Shown here: positions 9,301 through 16,431 of the stretch, one piece after another
Layout: each line of letters starts with the position of its first letter
How positions within the stretch are numbered: the first letter of the stretch is position 1
Source of the DNA: an uncultured Gammaproteobacteria bacterium
GTDB taxonomy: Bacteria > Patescibacteriota > Patescibacteriia > UBA9934
Assembly (NCBI GenBank): GCA_964355955.1
Contig: CAYHFQ010000002.1
Location: 2,338-66,337 of the forward strand
Reading direction: 5' to 3'
DNA: 64,000 nt
Position numbers and translations under genes: made by a program
The notes under the pieces: model-generated
Told to the model about the DNA's origin: nothing
Database searches by the model: none
What the model saw: the letters and a program-made list of their open reading frames with translations, nothing else

Positions 9301-12048
9301 TCGGGCCAAGTCTTAACGACGACGGACTCTAATGGGGGAGTCTTCGCCACTACTTACGACGCGCTTGATCGCCCTCTAACAACTTCTCAACCAGTTATCG
9401 GCAGCAGCGGCTCGGTCACTAGCAAGACTTTCAATTATGACGACTCGACCTTACCGACCATGGTCCACGAGACCGATGCTTATAATAGCTCGACTAATCG
9501 CGAGACCTACGTGTATTCGGACGGCCTAGGTCGCGTCATTCAGCAGCGTGTGGAAGCCGAGGGTACCAGCACGTTCGACATCACCGATACGCTCTATAAC
9601 GAACTCGGCCAGGTCGCTAGTACCACATTGCCTTACGCCTCAACTGGCTCGGCTTACACTACGCCGACCACAGACACGACGCTTTACCAAACTCTCGCTT
9701 ACGACGCCCTCGGCCGCGTCACTGCCTCAACCAACGTGGAAGGCACGTCGAGCAAGTCCTACGAAGATTGGGTCGTCACCGAAACCGATGCTCTCAGTAA
9801 CACCAAGAATTTTGCTTACGACGCTTACGGCAACTTGAGCGTGGTCGTCGAGCACAAGGGGGCTGTCAGCTATACCACAACTTACGTTTGGGACGCACTC
9901 GGTCGCCTGTACAGTTTGACGGATGCCGATGGCGCTGTGCGTGGTTTTAGCTATGACGGCTTGGGTCGACGTCTAACGGCGCAAGACCTACATGTCGCAA
10001 CAGATACCATGTTTGGCGTTTGGACCTACACTTACGACGCTGTAGGCAACCTAGCGATTTCCTATAGCCCGAACGGTATTACTACCACTTACATCTACGA
10101 CGTCCTCAATCGCGTAACCACCGAAGACGCCTCATCAGCCTCCGGCACAGAAATAACTTACACTTACGATAGTTGCACACTTGGCGTTGGTCGCCTCTGC
10201 CAAACCGTAGTCACCGGGGGAGCCACCACCGCTTACACTTACGATGCCCTCGGCCGCACTGCCACTGAAGCAAAAACTATTAGCAGCAACACCTACGCCA
10301 CCAGTTACACTTACGACTTGCAGGGCAATCAAGCCACTATCACCTATCCCGACGGCGCCATCACCACTTTTACTCTCGGCACCGCTGGTCGCGTCAGCCA
10401 AGTCGACTTCACGGACATCGTCAGTTCCGGCAACGCCACTCCAGCTAGCAGCGTGGTCTACGCCCCAAACGGCAAAATCAGCAGCTTCACTAACGGCAAC
10501 GGTGTCACCACCGCCTTCACCTACAACGCCGCTGACCTCTACCGCTTATCCAACCTAGTCAGTACGAGCGGCAGCAATAACATTCAGAATTTTGCTTACA
10601 CCTACGACGCAGCTGGCGACATCAGCCAAATCGCCGACACTTCCAGTCTCTACGCTGCGGACACTATTGCCTACACTTACGACGATCTCTACCGCTTAAC
10701 CGCCGCCACTGCCACCAGCACAGACTCAACACTCGCTTACAGCAAAACCTGGAGCTATGGTGCCACCGGCAACATCTTGGTTGGTGAAGGCCCCTCCCGC
10801 ACCTACGGCGGCACGGACACTGGCAACTACGCCAACCCGCACGCCGTCACGGCCATGGGTACGCGCACTCTCACCTACGACCACAACGGCAATACCACCA
10901 ACGAAGGCATTTGGACTAACACCTGGAACTGGCGGAACCAAATGACGCAGTCGGCAAGGAGTGGTCCCTCAGTCACAGTCACCTACACCTACGACGCCGA
11001 CGGCAACCGTGTCAGCCAAGTCAACGGCTCTCTCACCCTCGTCTACCCGAACGAATATTACTCCTACACCGGCACTACCCACGACCGCCAGATTCCACTC
11101 CCTGGCTACGGCATGGTCGCGACATCAAAGTACAAGGTCTCAACTTCAACATCGACGATCGCTTACCACCATCACGACCACTTGGGCGGTGAACACGTCG
11201 ACACCGACTCCACCGGAGCTACCCTCGAGTACACCATCTACTCGCCCTACGGCAGTATTCAGAAAACCTCTGGCACCTCGGGCTACCTCAACGTCAACAA
11301 ATTCACCGGCAAGCAAGTAGATAAGGACACCGGGTTCTACTACTACGGGGCAAGGTATTGCTCTGCGAATTATGGGCGTTTCCTCAGCGAGGATAATGTG
11401 TTTTTGGCAGTTGGCGACGACAACAGCCACTTACGAGATCCACAAGCACTGAACTCCTATTCGTACGCCAGGAACAACCCACTACGATTCGTCGATCCAG
11501 ATGGCAATTTCTTTAGTGGCTTTGGCGATATCGCCATTCTCGGTATCGACATAGGCTTCTTATTAAGCGATAATAAAGCAGGTGCTGGAATTGGCACAAT
11601 GGCAGCGGATGTGGGGTTCTTGGCTCTCGATACAATTAGCACCATTATTCCTGGTGTGCCTGCGGGTGCTGGAGTAGCAGCACATGGTATAACAGCCACA
11701 ACTAAAGCAGCTGAAGGAGTAATTAGAGCAGGCGAAGCCGCTCGGGTCACCAAAGCGACATTAAACGCAGAGAGGAAATCGGCAGTAAAGAATGCTTGGA
11801 AGGCAGAACGTGAAGCAGTGACTAAAACAGGTACAGGTACTCGACGCTGGAGCGAATCTCAAACTTCTGAATTATTAGGAAAAGGCAAGGTATCCGGCTA
11901 TGAAGGACATCATATTAACAGTGTGAACGGCAGCCCATTATTAGCTGGAATTGCCAATAATATTAAATTTCTGACACGGGATGAGCATTTAGCTGAGCAT
12001 GGTGGTAGTTGGCTTAATAAAACCGTTGGTAAATTACTTAATCGTTAA
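6346..12048 (+). CDS. secreted SpvB / FG-GAP / RHS-repeat polymorphic toxin (TcB-TcC-fusion-like Rhs protein) with a C-terminal GHH-type HNH/EndoVII nuclease tip
   Basis: N-terminal signal peptide (MRILPSRWLFGLIGIIGLGLLALPSATFA). SpvB-type motif FSYTYPITLPPGRNGLQPSLGLSYSS. Six FG-GAP blades (DxNGDGxxD). Many YD/RHS repeats (YTYDALGR...). RHS core (FYYYGARYCSANYGRFLSEDNV ... NNPLRFVDPDGN). Then a Gly/hydrophobic linker and a tip with GYEGHHINSV...FLTRDEHLAEHG. The ORF-track start at 6313 adds 11 aa before the signal peptide. Confidence 0.85.
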   Translation: MRILPSRWLFGLIGIIGLGLLALPSATFATVTDQDSSPFVVKNQIKLAPDMRTGAFSYTYPITLPPGRNGLQPSLGLSYSSSNSDNANLAGYGWLLNLPTIERIATHGTDDLYTSHDFTSSLSGDLEDISLTDATHGTYGAKVDDGSFLAYVYNSDESWTVTDKQGTIYTFAADTSAQIVSNTDTTHVFRWYLTEMRDTNDNFIAYTYSKDAGQVYPSSITYTGHGSTAGIFAVNFTLESRSDAVTSFATGFSVKTSYRISAINVTENSSTIRNYALAYIAGSNDIRSLLSTITETATDEATSSIITKPATTFDYSANTDSWTEDTSFGGLPEPIAGTSLGSLGIYFFDVNGDALPDMVKSKSTTRTVYINNGDNTWTEDTSITVPLQFANSLGKDTGVRVFDLNGDGEQDLISSHIDSSGNVASGIYLNNGDGTGWTEDTTLAVPIAFTNDGSGLDFGVRIIDADGDGMQDLVYSRDGMTTAVYINNGDGTGWTEDTGYVVPIQFVTSGLYDMGVRQLDVNGDGLLDLVKSRYTGSSSVIDEAVYINNGNGTGWSEDTNYSVPVAVILSNFADNGVRYLDVNRDGLTDIVYFRSYSGTDYKDVYINNGNGTGWTEDASYQAPLAYTINGFDVGVREEDINGDGLDDTIRSRDISTLQENLYLASPTFSDKLTTVTTSTGASTSVTYQPSITVGGDLSFPLSVVATETVDDGLGHTATTSYDFADGDYYYASEYDRKFAGFGMVTITDASGKVTKRYYHQGNATNSTQGESSDDVSKLWQMYREESYDDASHLFRTVIHSFTSVDLGYSRTFVYENQTLELRYDADSDHTDLATSYTYDTSTGNLTEKKEWGRVTGVDAGTFTDSASDTRITDYTYASFSTGLCGLVDDELVKNNAGSTVQETKYYYDSSSLGTATLGNLTTEAHWTAGSSFVNTAYTYDGYGLLATKTDALSNTTTFTPDSANLYTATQTNALSQATAYTYDYSSGQVLTTTDSNGGVFATTYDALDRPLTTSQPVIGSSGSVTSKTFNYDDSTLPTMVHETDAYNSSTNRETYVYSDGLGRVIQQRVEAEGTSTFDITDTLYNELGQVASTTLPYASTGSAYTTPTTDTTLYQTLAYDALGRVTASTNVEGTSSKSYEDWVVTETDALSNTKNFAYDAYGNLSVVVEHKGAVSYTTTYVWDALGRLYSLTDADGAVRGFSYDGLGRRLTAQDLHVATDTMFGVWTYTYDAVGNLAISYSPNGITTTYIYDVLNRVTTEDASSASGTEITYTYDSCTLGVGRLCQTVVTGGATTAYTYDALGRTATEAKTISSNTYATSYTYDLQGNQATITYPDGAITTFTLGTAGRVSQVDFTDIVSSGNATPASSVVYAPNGKISSFTNGNGVTTAFTYNAADLYRLSNLVSTSGSNNIQNFAYTYDAAGDISQIADTSSLYAADTIAYTYDDLYRLTAATATSTDSTLAYSKTWSYGATGNILVGEGPSRTYGGTDTGNYANPHAVTAMGTRTLTYDHNGNTTNEGIWTNTWNWRNQMTQSARSGPSVTVTYTYDADGNRVSQVNGSLTLVYPNEYYSYTGTTHDRQIPLPGYGMVATSKYKVSTSTSTIAYHHHDHLGGEHVDTDSTGATLEYTIYSPYGSIQKTSGTSGYLNVNKFTGKQVDKDTGFYYYGARYCSANYGRFLSEDNVFLAVGDDNSHLRDPQALNSYSYARNNPLRFVDPDGNFFSGFGDIAILGIDIGFLLSDNKAGAGIGTMAADVGFLALDTISTIIPGVPAGAGVAAHGITATTKAAEGVIRAGEAARVTKATLNAERKSAVKNAWKAEREAVTKTGTGTRRWSESQTSELLGKGKVSGYEGHHINSVNGSPLLAGIANNIKFLTRDEHLAEHGGSWLNKTVGKLLNR
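7300..8340 (+). repeat. six tandem intragenic FG-GAP (beta-propeller blade) repeats with near-identical nucleotide segments (YINNGDGTGWTEDT)
   Basis: Recurring 'tattaataa(t/c)gg(t/a)ga(c/t)gg...ggctggac(g/c)gag(g/a)aca' DNA. Protein repeats follow the pattern WTEDT...VPxxF...GVRxxDxNGDGxxDLV. Confidence 0.75.
10826..11505 (+). repeat. homology block (RHS core end, NYANPHAV...RFVDPDG) shared with the downstream orphan rhs-CT module
   Basis: About 680 bp aligns colinearly with 12712-13390 at roughly 85-90% nucleotide identity by eye. Protein similarity breaks exactly after DPDGN. Confidence 0.8.
11511..12045 (+). other. C-terminal toxin domain of the Rhs protein: Gly-rich hydrophobic pre-toxin linker plus a GHH-signature HNH/EndoVII-fold nuclease (Tox-GHH-like)
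   Basis: Sequence diverges from the orphan copy right after DPDGN. The GHH motif sits in YEGHHINSVNG, followed by N, H and E (NNIKFLTRDEHLAEHG), consistent with HNH superfamily toxins. The local GC drop is typical of swapped toxin tips. Confidence 0.5.
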
Positions 12049-12052
12049 TAGT

Positions 12053-12652
12053 ATGAATATTCAAGATACGATAATGCCAATTCTAAGAAAAGCTGAAACT
12101 TTAGGTACAGAAAAATTAGATGACGGAACTTTGTTAATTGGCAGAGTTCCGCATATCGCTCCTCTAGCCCGACTCCATATTGTACCGGGTGGTCTTAGAG
12201 AGGAGGGTATTGCTTTGTTGGAGGATCATATTAATAGGAAAATACCTAATAATTATAGAGATTTTTTGCGACAGACAAATGGACTTCACGTATATTCTGA
12301 TGCAATTAGCCTTGATGGATTACGGACTAATTATGCGCGTGACATCGCTGGAGCCTGGCAGCCATTTAGTCTTATTGAGCCTAATACTTATGAACGTCCA
12401 AGAGATGCTAAGGACTCTTATTTATTTATAGGTGGATATGGCTACGACGGATCCTCTCTATTCGTTGATTCCGATTCTGGTAAAGTTTATCGGTGTGCTC
12501 AAAAATATGCATCCGAAATTTTTAACGTCTGGCCTGACTTCTGGACAATGCTAACTTCTGAAGTTGAAAGATTAGATGGGTTGTTCGATGCTGAAGGAAA
12601 GAAGAAATATCCAGATCGGCCAACTACTCCAGAGCCAAATATAAATATATAG
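12053..12652 (+). CDS. SUKH-1 (SMI1/KNR4 family) immunity protein cognate to the Rhs nuclease tip
   Basis: Starts 4 nt after the Rhs stop. SUKH hallmark (IPNNYRDFLRQTNGLHVY, LFVDSDSGKVYRC). It is AT-rich like the toxin tip. The longer ORF-track start (11999) overlaps the Rhs gene and is unlikely. Confidence 0.7.
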   Translation: MNIQDTIMPILRKAETLGTEKLDDGTLLIGRVPHIAPLARLHIVPGGLREEGIALLEDHINRKIPNNYRDFLRQTNGLHVYSDAISLDGLRTNYARDIAGAWQPFSLIEPNTYERPRDAKDSYLFIGGYGYDGSSLFVDSDSGKVYRCAQKYASEIFNVWPDFWTMLTSEVERLDGLFDAEGKKKYPDRPTTPEPNINI

Positions 12653-12711
12653 ATTGTTAATTTTATAAGTTTTTTTATAATTTAATACGGCATTAAATCA
12701 GCTCCTCCCGC

Positions 12712-13390
12712 AACTACGCCAACCCGCACGCCGTCACCACCATGGGTACCCGCACCTTCACCTACGATAATAACGGCAATACCACCAACGAAGGCGTCTG
12801 GACCAACACCTGGAACTGGCGTAACCAAATGACACAATCCACCCGTACCGGCCCCTCCGTCACTGTCACTTACGCCTACGACGCGGACGGCAATCGTGTC
12901 AGCCAAATCAACGGCAGCCTCACCCTCATCTACCCGAACGAATACTACTCCTACACCGGCACCACCCACGATCGTCAGATCCCATTACCTGGTTACGGCA
13001 TGGTCGCGACTTCAAAATACAAAGTTAGCACTTCAACCTCCACCATCGCCTATCACCACCATGATCACTTGGGCGGCGAACACGTCGACACCGACTCCTC
13101 CGGCGCCACCCTCGAGTACACCATCTACTCACCGTACGGCAGTATTCAGAAGACGAGTGGAACAACCGGCTATGTTAACTCGAACAAATTCACTGGCAAG
13201 CAAGTAGACAAGGATACTGGGTTCTATTACTACGGAGCACGTTACTATTCTGCGAATTTTGGTAGGTTCCTAAGCCAAGATAACGTCTTCCTCGCCATCG
13301 GTGTAGATAACGGCATATTAAAAGACTCGCAGGCACTAAATTCCTACTCATACGCCAGGAACAACCCACTACGATTCGTCGATCCAGACG
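12712..13390 (+). repeat. second copy of the RHS-core homology block (partner of 10826-11505)
   Basis: See the partner repeat. It begins 15 nt after an in-frame stop at 12694-12696. Confidence 0.8.
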
Positions 13391-13980
13391 GTAACTCATT
13401 CTGGGATTTCGTAAATCGTGCTGGTAATAGTTTCGGTCGAATTGCTGACTCGATGATCAGAGCCAATAACAGAGTAATTGCTCCAGCAACCAACAGCGCT
13501 TATAATTTCATCACCCTTGGAGCAGGCGACGCCGCTTCTAACATGGGGCGTAACGGGGTAACTGTCGGTGGGTTAGCTCATGTGGGTTATGGGGTTGTGT
13601 ATGGAACTGTCACTACGGCTCTCGCTGCGCTAGATATCGGTGCTGCAGCTGGAGGAGCGGCTGTGAATTTTGGAGTTATGAGCGGTAGAGGCGGTGGTCA
13701 GAATTTGGGAAACGCTTCGGGTAAGTCTGTTAACGGCAGAACAACAATACCTTCTCATTGGACGGTTGAAGAATCTAAGCGTGGGGGAGGGTATATTTAT
13801 ACAAATCCAAACGACACAAGAGAAAATATTAGGCTAATGCCGGGAAACAAAAGCAGTCCCCACACGGTGAGTCAGGCTCCATATATGAGACATCAAGTAA
13901 ACGGAGGCTATCTAGATTCATCTAAAAGAATTAATTCAGATAACGCAGCTACGCACTTTCCAATTAAAACAATCAAATAA
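12742..13980 (+). CDS. orphan rhs-CT module: partial RHS core (no N-terminal shell) fused to a different C-terminal toxin domain of unknown family
   Basis: The first ~215 aa are 85-90% identical to Rhs residues ~1510-1730, including the HHHDHLGGEHVD, FYYYGARY and RFVDPDGN motifs. The in-frame homology (NYANPHAVT) extends upstream of the ATG to 12712 after a stop at 12694. The ~195-aa C-terminus is unique (Gly-rich linker, then HWTVEESKRGGGYIYTNPNDTRENIRLMPGN). Confidence 0.8.
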   Translation: MGTRTFTYDNNGNTTNEGVWTNTWNWRNQMTQSTRTGPSVTVTYAYDADGNRVSQINGSLTLIYPNEYYSYTGTTHDRQIPLPGYGMVATSKYKVSTSTSTIAYHHHDHLGGEHVDTDSSGATLEYTIYSPYGSIQKTSGTTGYVNSNKFTGKQVDKDTGFYYYGARYYSANFGRFLSQDNVFLAIGVDNGILKDSQALNSYSYARNNPLRFVDPDGNSFWDFVNRAGNSFGRIADSMIRANNRVIAPATNSAYNFITLGAGDAASNMGRNGVTVGGLAHVGYGVVYGTVTTALAALDIGAAAGGAAVNFGVMSGRGGGQNLGNASGKSVNGRTTIPSHWTVEESKRGGGYIYTNPNDTRENIRLMPGNKSSPHTVSQAPYMRHQVNGGYLDSSKRINSDNAATHFPIKTIK

Positions 13981-13982
13981 TT

Positions 13983-14348
13983 ATGAACTATATCAGAAAG
14001 CACATTTTCAATTTACTTAATCAGTACCAAGATCTCGCAATGCAACATAAAGAGTGGACCGAAAATTTAACCACTTCATATATAACACCAACGGAATTTA
14101 TCGCCGAATGGTTTGATGATATATTCAACCATGGAGCCGATGAGCTAATTAAGGCGGGTGAGATAAGTATTGAAGAGTGGGAAATTATAGAACCGTTCCA
14201 TGCGTCATTTCGTGCATTCGCAGATGAATACTATAAAAACGAAAATTCAATTCCAGCAGACATGACGACTTATGAGCCTTGGGTAGTAATTGCCAAGACA
14301 GCAGCAGAGACAGTCGAGAAGTTGGAAGATCTGGGTTGGAAGCTATGA
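13983..14348 (+). CDS. candidate immunity protein for the orphan toxin (acidic 121-aa protein)
   Basis: Starts 3 nt after the orphan toxin stop. AT-rich and small, in the position typical of cognate immunity genes. No family recognised. Confidence 0.5.
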   Translation: MNYIRKHIFNLLNQYQDLAMQHKEWTENLTTSYITPTEFIAEWFDDIFNHGADELIKAGEISIEEWEIIEPFHASFRAFADEYYKNENSIPADMTTYEPWVVIAKTAAETVEKLEDLGWKL

Positions 14349-14398
14349 TAAACAATAAAGAACAATTAGAAATTTGTGAGAAATATCAACTACCTTAA

Positions 14399-14686
14399 GT
14401 GGAATCAGCTGAGAATCTAAAAATCGGTATTTCACAAAACGTACGAGAAAGATTGTTATCAATTAATGGTCTTCGTCATAAACAGGAGGGAGATACGACT
14501 GGGTGGTATATCTGGACTGGTGAAGAGTGGACGGAAGATTCCGCATTCCTTGTTCCTGTTCACGTTAAACATATAAATGAATGGAACCCTTTAATCGGCA
14601 AATATCTTGGGCTTCCTCCTGGGACAAGATTCCTTATTACTTCGGAATATGAGGACGTATGGCAAGATCCGTCACTACTAAACTAA
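14399..14686 (+). CDS. hypothetical small protein (possible orphan immunity gene)
   Basis: AT-rich ORF in the immunity array. No motif recognised. Confidence 0.35.
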   Translation: MESAENLKIGISQNVRERLLSINGLRHKQEGDTTGWYIWTGEEWTEDSAFLVPVHVKHINEWNPLIGKYLGLPPGTRFLITSEYEDVWQDPSLLN

Positions 14687-14693
14687 CTTAACT

Positions 14694-15122
14694 ATGAAAA
14701 TTATAAACAAATTAAAACAATGGTGGATGAATCATCAGATAAATATTATGAAGTACACTTGTCCATGTTGTGGGTATATGACTTTCGATGAGGCTCTTGG
14801 TTCAGATGAAATTTGTGATATTTGTTCATGGCACGATGACCTGGTCTCTTATAACCATCCTGACAGGGCTATCGGACCTAACAAAGTCACATTGATACAG
14901 GCACAGGTAAACTATCTTGAATTCGGCATAAGCAATCCTAGCCTAAAAAAATCAAGAGTAAATATCACTAACTACCCAAAGGATAGTTTATGGCGTTTAA
15001 TTGATTTGACTATCGACAAAAATCTTATGAATGGTGGCGGTGAGAGATTTTGGGACCTCTTAATTAAAGAAGTTGGCGAACCCCTACCTAAGTATTACTG
15101 GCTTAGTAATAATGGGAGTTAA
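14694..15122 (+). CDS. Cys-rich CPCC-domain protein (family seen in polymorphic-toxin immunity loci)
   Basis: The YTCPCCGYMTFDE...CDICSWHDD motif matches the CPCC Cys-rich domain. Location is within the immunity array. Confidence 0.55.
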   Translation: MKIINKLKQWWMNHQINIMKYTCPCCGYMTFDEALGSDEICDICSWHDDLVSYNHPDRAIGPNKVTLIQAQVNYLEFGISNPSLKKSRVNITNYPKDSLWRLIDLTIDKNLMNGGGERFWDLLIKEVGEPLPKYYWLSNNGS

Positions 15123-15131
15123 AAAAGTAAT

Positions 15132-15737
15132 ATGGTTAAAAAATCTGTCGAGTCCAGTCTAACCGCTGACAACGAATGCGCAATCTGCCAAACGGGGAGT
15201 ACTGTTGAAAAGTTCGTTGCTCCAGGCATGAAAAGCCAATTAAGTACTAAGCTTTGTTTAGAGTGCAAAGAAAAAGTCAATCAACATTTTTTAGCCGAAA
15301 CACAGGACTCAAATATCGTCAGAGCTATAACCTGGGGAGTTCTTGCGGCTGCAGTTGGTAGTGCTGTTTGGTACTTTGTAGCCATCTGGACGGGTTTAGA
15401 AATAGGCTATCTCGCTATTGGCTTAGGACTTTGGATCGGTTTAGCGGTTCATTTCGGATCGGGTAAAAAGAAGGGCCGTCGATTACAAATAATCAGTTTA
15501 ATTCTGACTTTCTTAGCTATTATAATTGCGAAGAAACTAATCTTTGATTATTATCTCAACGATTATCTTCAGGGTCATTTGGCAGATTTTCAGGATTTTG
15601 TAGTCGGTCAAAAGGTGAGTGTATCATTTTTTGCGGTTGAATTTTGGCAAAGTGTCGCGTCCATCAAGGGTCTACTAATTAGTCTGCTCGGACTTGTTGT
15701 GGCCTTTGTCATTTGCGCACCAAGAAAACTTAAATAA
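15132..15737 (+). CDS. membrane protein with an N-terminal zinc-ribbon-like CxxC...CxxC and 4-5 TM helices
   Basis: ECAICQTG...CLECKEKV, then hydrophobic helices. Last gene of the AT-rich array. Confidence 0.45.
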   Translation: MVKKSVESSLTADNECAICQTGSTVEKFVAPGMKSQLSTKLCLECKEKVNQHFLAETQDSNIVRAITWGVLAAAVGSAVWYFVAIWTGLEIGYLAIGLGLWIGLAVHFGSGKKKGRRLQIISLILTFLAIIIAKKLIFDYYLNDYLQGHLADFQDFVVGQKVSVSFFAVEFWQSVASIKGLLISLLGLVVAFVICAPRKLK

Positions 15738-15744
15738 TAGTAGC

Positions 15745-15772
15745 TTGACTCCCTCACCTCATCTGCTATCAT
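15745..15772 (+). promoter_or_regulatory. candidate promoter for greA
   Basis: TTGACT, 16-bp spacer, TATCAT, about 78 nt upstream of the greA ATG. Confidence 0.35.
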
Positions 15773-15791
15773 AGAACTATCAAACAAATCC

Positions 15792-15822
15792 GTTCCGCTT
15801 TTAGCGGAGCGGCTTTCGTTCT
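15792..15822 (+). terminator. possible terminator of the immunity array (gttccgct-ttt-agcggagc, then a T-rich run)
   Basis: 8-bp stem with a 3-nt loop followed by ggctttcgttct. Confidence 0.3.
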
Positions 15823-15849
15823 ACCAAGAGAAATAGTTAAAACAGCAGT

Positions 15850-16314
15850 ATGTCCAATCCCAACGTTTGTTACATTTCAGCTAGCGGCCTCGTCGACATG
15901 AAGGCTGAGTTGATTGATCGTATTAAAAATATTCGCCCAATTATTGCCGGTAAGATTGGTGATGCTAAGGAACTTGGTGATATCTCGGAAAATTTTGAAT
16001 ATCACGACGCTAAAGAACAGCAAGCCCAAAACGAAATGCGCATTGTCGACTTGACGCACATGATTTCCACGGCCGTGATTGTGGACAATAAGGTGGGCGG
16101 TATGGTCGGCTTGGGCTCTAAGTTCACCGTCAAAGCGGGTGCCGTCGAGAAGACTTACCAATTGGTCGGCGAGAGCGAGGCCAACCCCATGGAAGCCAAA
16201 ATCAGCAATGTTTCGCCACTCGGCGCTGCCTTCATGAACAAGGCACTCGGCGAGAAAGTGAGCGTGACCACCCCGGGCGGCGAAGTCACTTACGAGATAA
16301 TCGCTATCGCTTAG
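15850..16314 (+). CDS. greA: transcription elongation factor GreA
   Basis: GDISENFEYHDAKEQQ (GreA coiled-coil signature) and C-terminal FKBP-like domain. 154 aa. Confidence 0.88.
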   Translation: MSNPNVCYISASGLVDMKAELIDRIKNIRPIIAGKIGDAKELGDISENFEYHDAKEQQAQNEMRIVDLTHMISTAVIVDNKVGGMVGLGSKFTVKAGAVEKTYQLVGESEANPMEAKISNVSPLGAAFMNKALGEKVSVTTPGGEVTYEIIAIA

Positions 16315-16333
16315 CCACAAATCTCGGCTTTAC

Positions 16334-16380
16334 AGAAGCACTTCTTTCCCGTAAAATTGGGCGAGAAGTGCTTTTGTATA
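16334..16380 (+). terminator. intrinsic terminator after greA
   Basis: 10-bp stem (aagcacttct / agaagtgctt) with an 18-nt loop, followed by ttttgtat. Confidence 0.55.
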
Positions 16381-16431
16381 GCTAGCGTTTTGCTTATGTC
16401 TGGAGATGCCAAATTAGGAAATGAAGGATTA

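Noticed and set aside
7551-12000. Numerous 60-140-aa ORFs on the antisense strand or in alternate frames of the Rhs, giant-protein and housekeeping genes (e.g. 8237-8485, 8482-8721, 10135-10401, 11146-11430)
   Set aside because: They fall entirely inside long, well-supported CDSs, have Pro/Ser/Thr/Ala-rich composition typical of GC-rich antisense translation, and lack start-site signals.
6346-12048. Rhs protein as a T6SS or Tc-toxin (TcA-dependent) effector
   Set aside because: No PAAR, VgrG, Hcp or TcA genes are in the window. The protein has its own Sec signal peptide, consistent with WapA-type Sec-dependent Rhs/CDI proteins. This cannot be excluded without the rest of the genome.
11999-12052. 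Upstream start for the SUKH immunity ORF overlapping the Rhs 3' end
   Set aside because: It overlaps the Rhs coding sequence in another frame for 50 nt. The ATG at 12053, 4 nt after the Rhs stop, is the usual immunity-gene arrangement.
16357-16431. Longer N-terminus for lysS (ORF-track start at 16357, MGEKCFCIASVLLMSG...)
   Set aside because: This segment coincides with the greA terminator hairpin (16334-16380) and lacks an RBS. MRRDRL at 16432 is preceded by gaaggat and matches LysRS N-termini.
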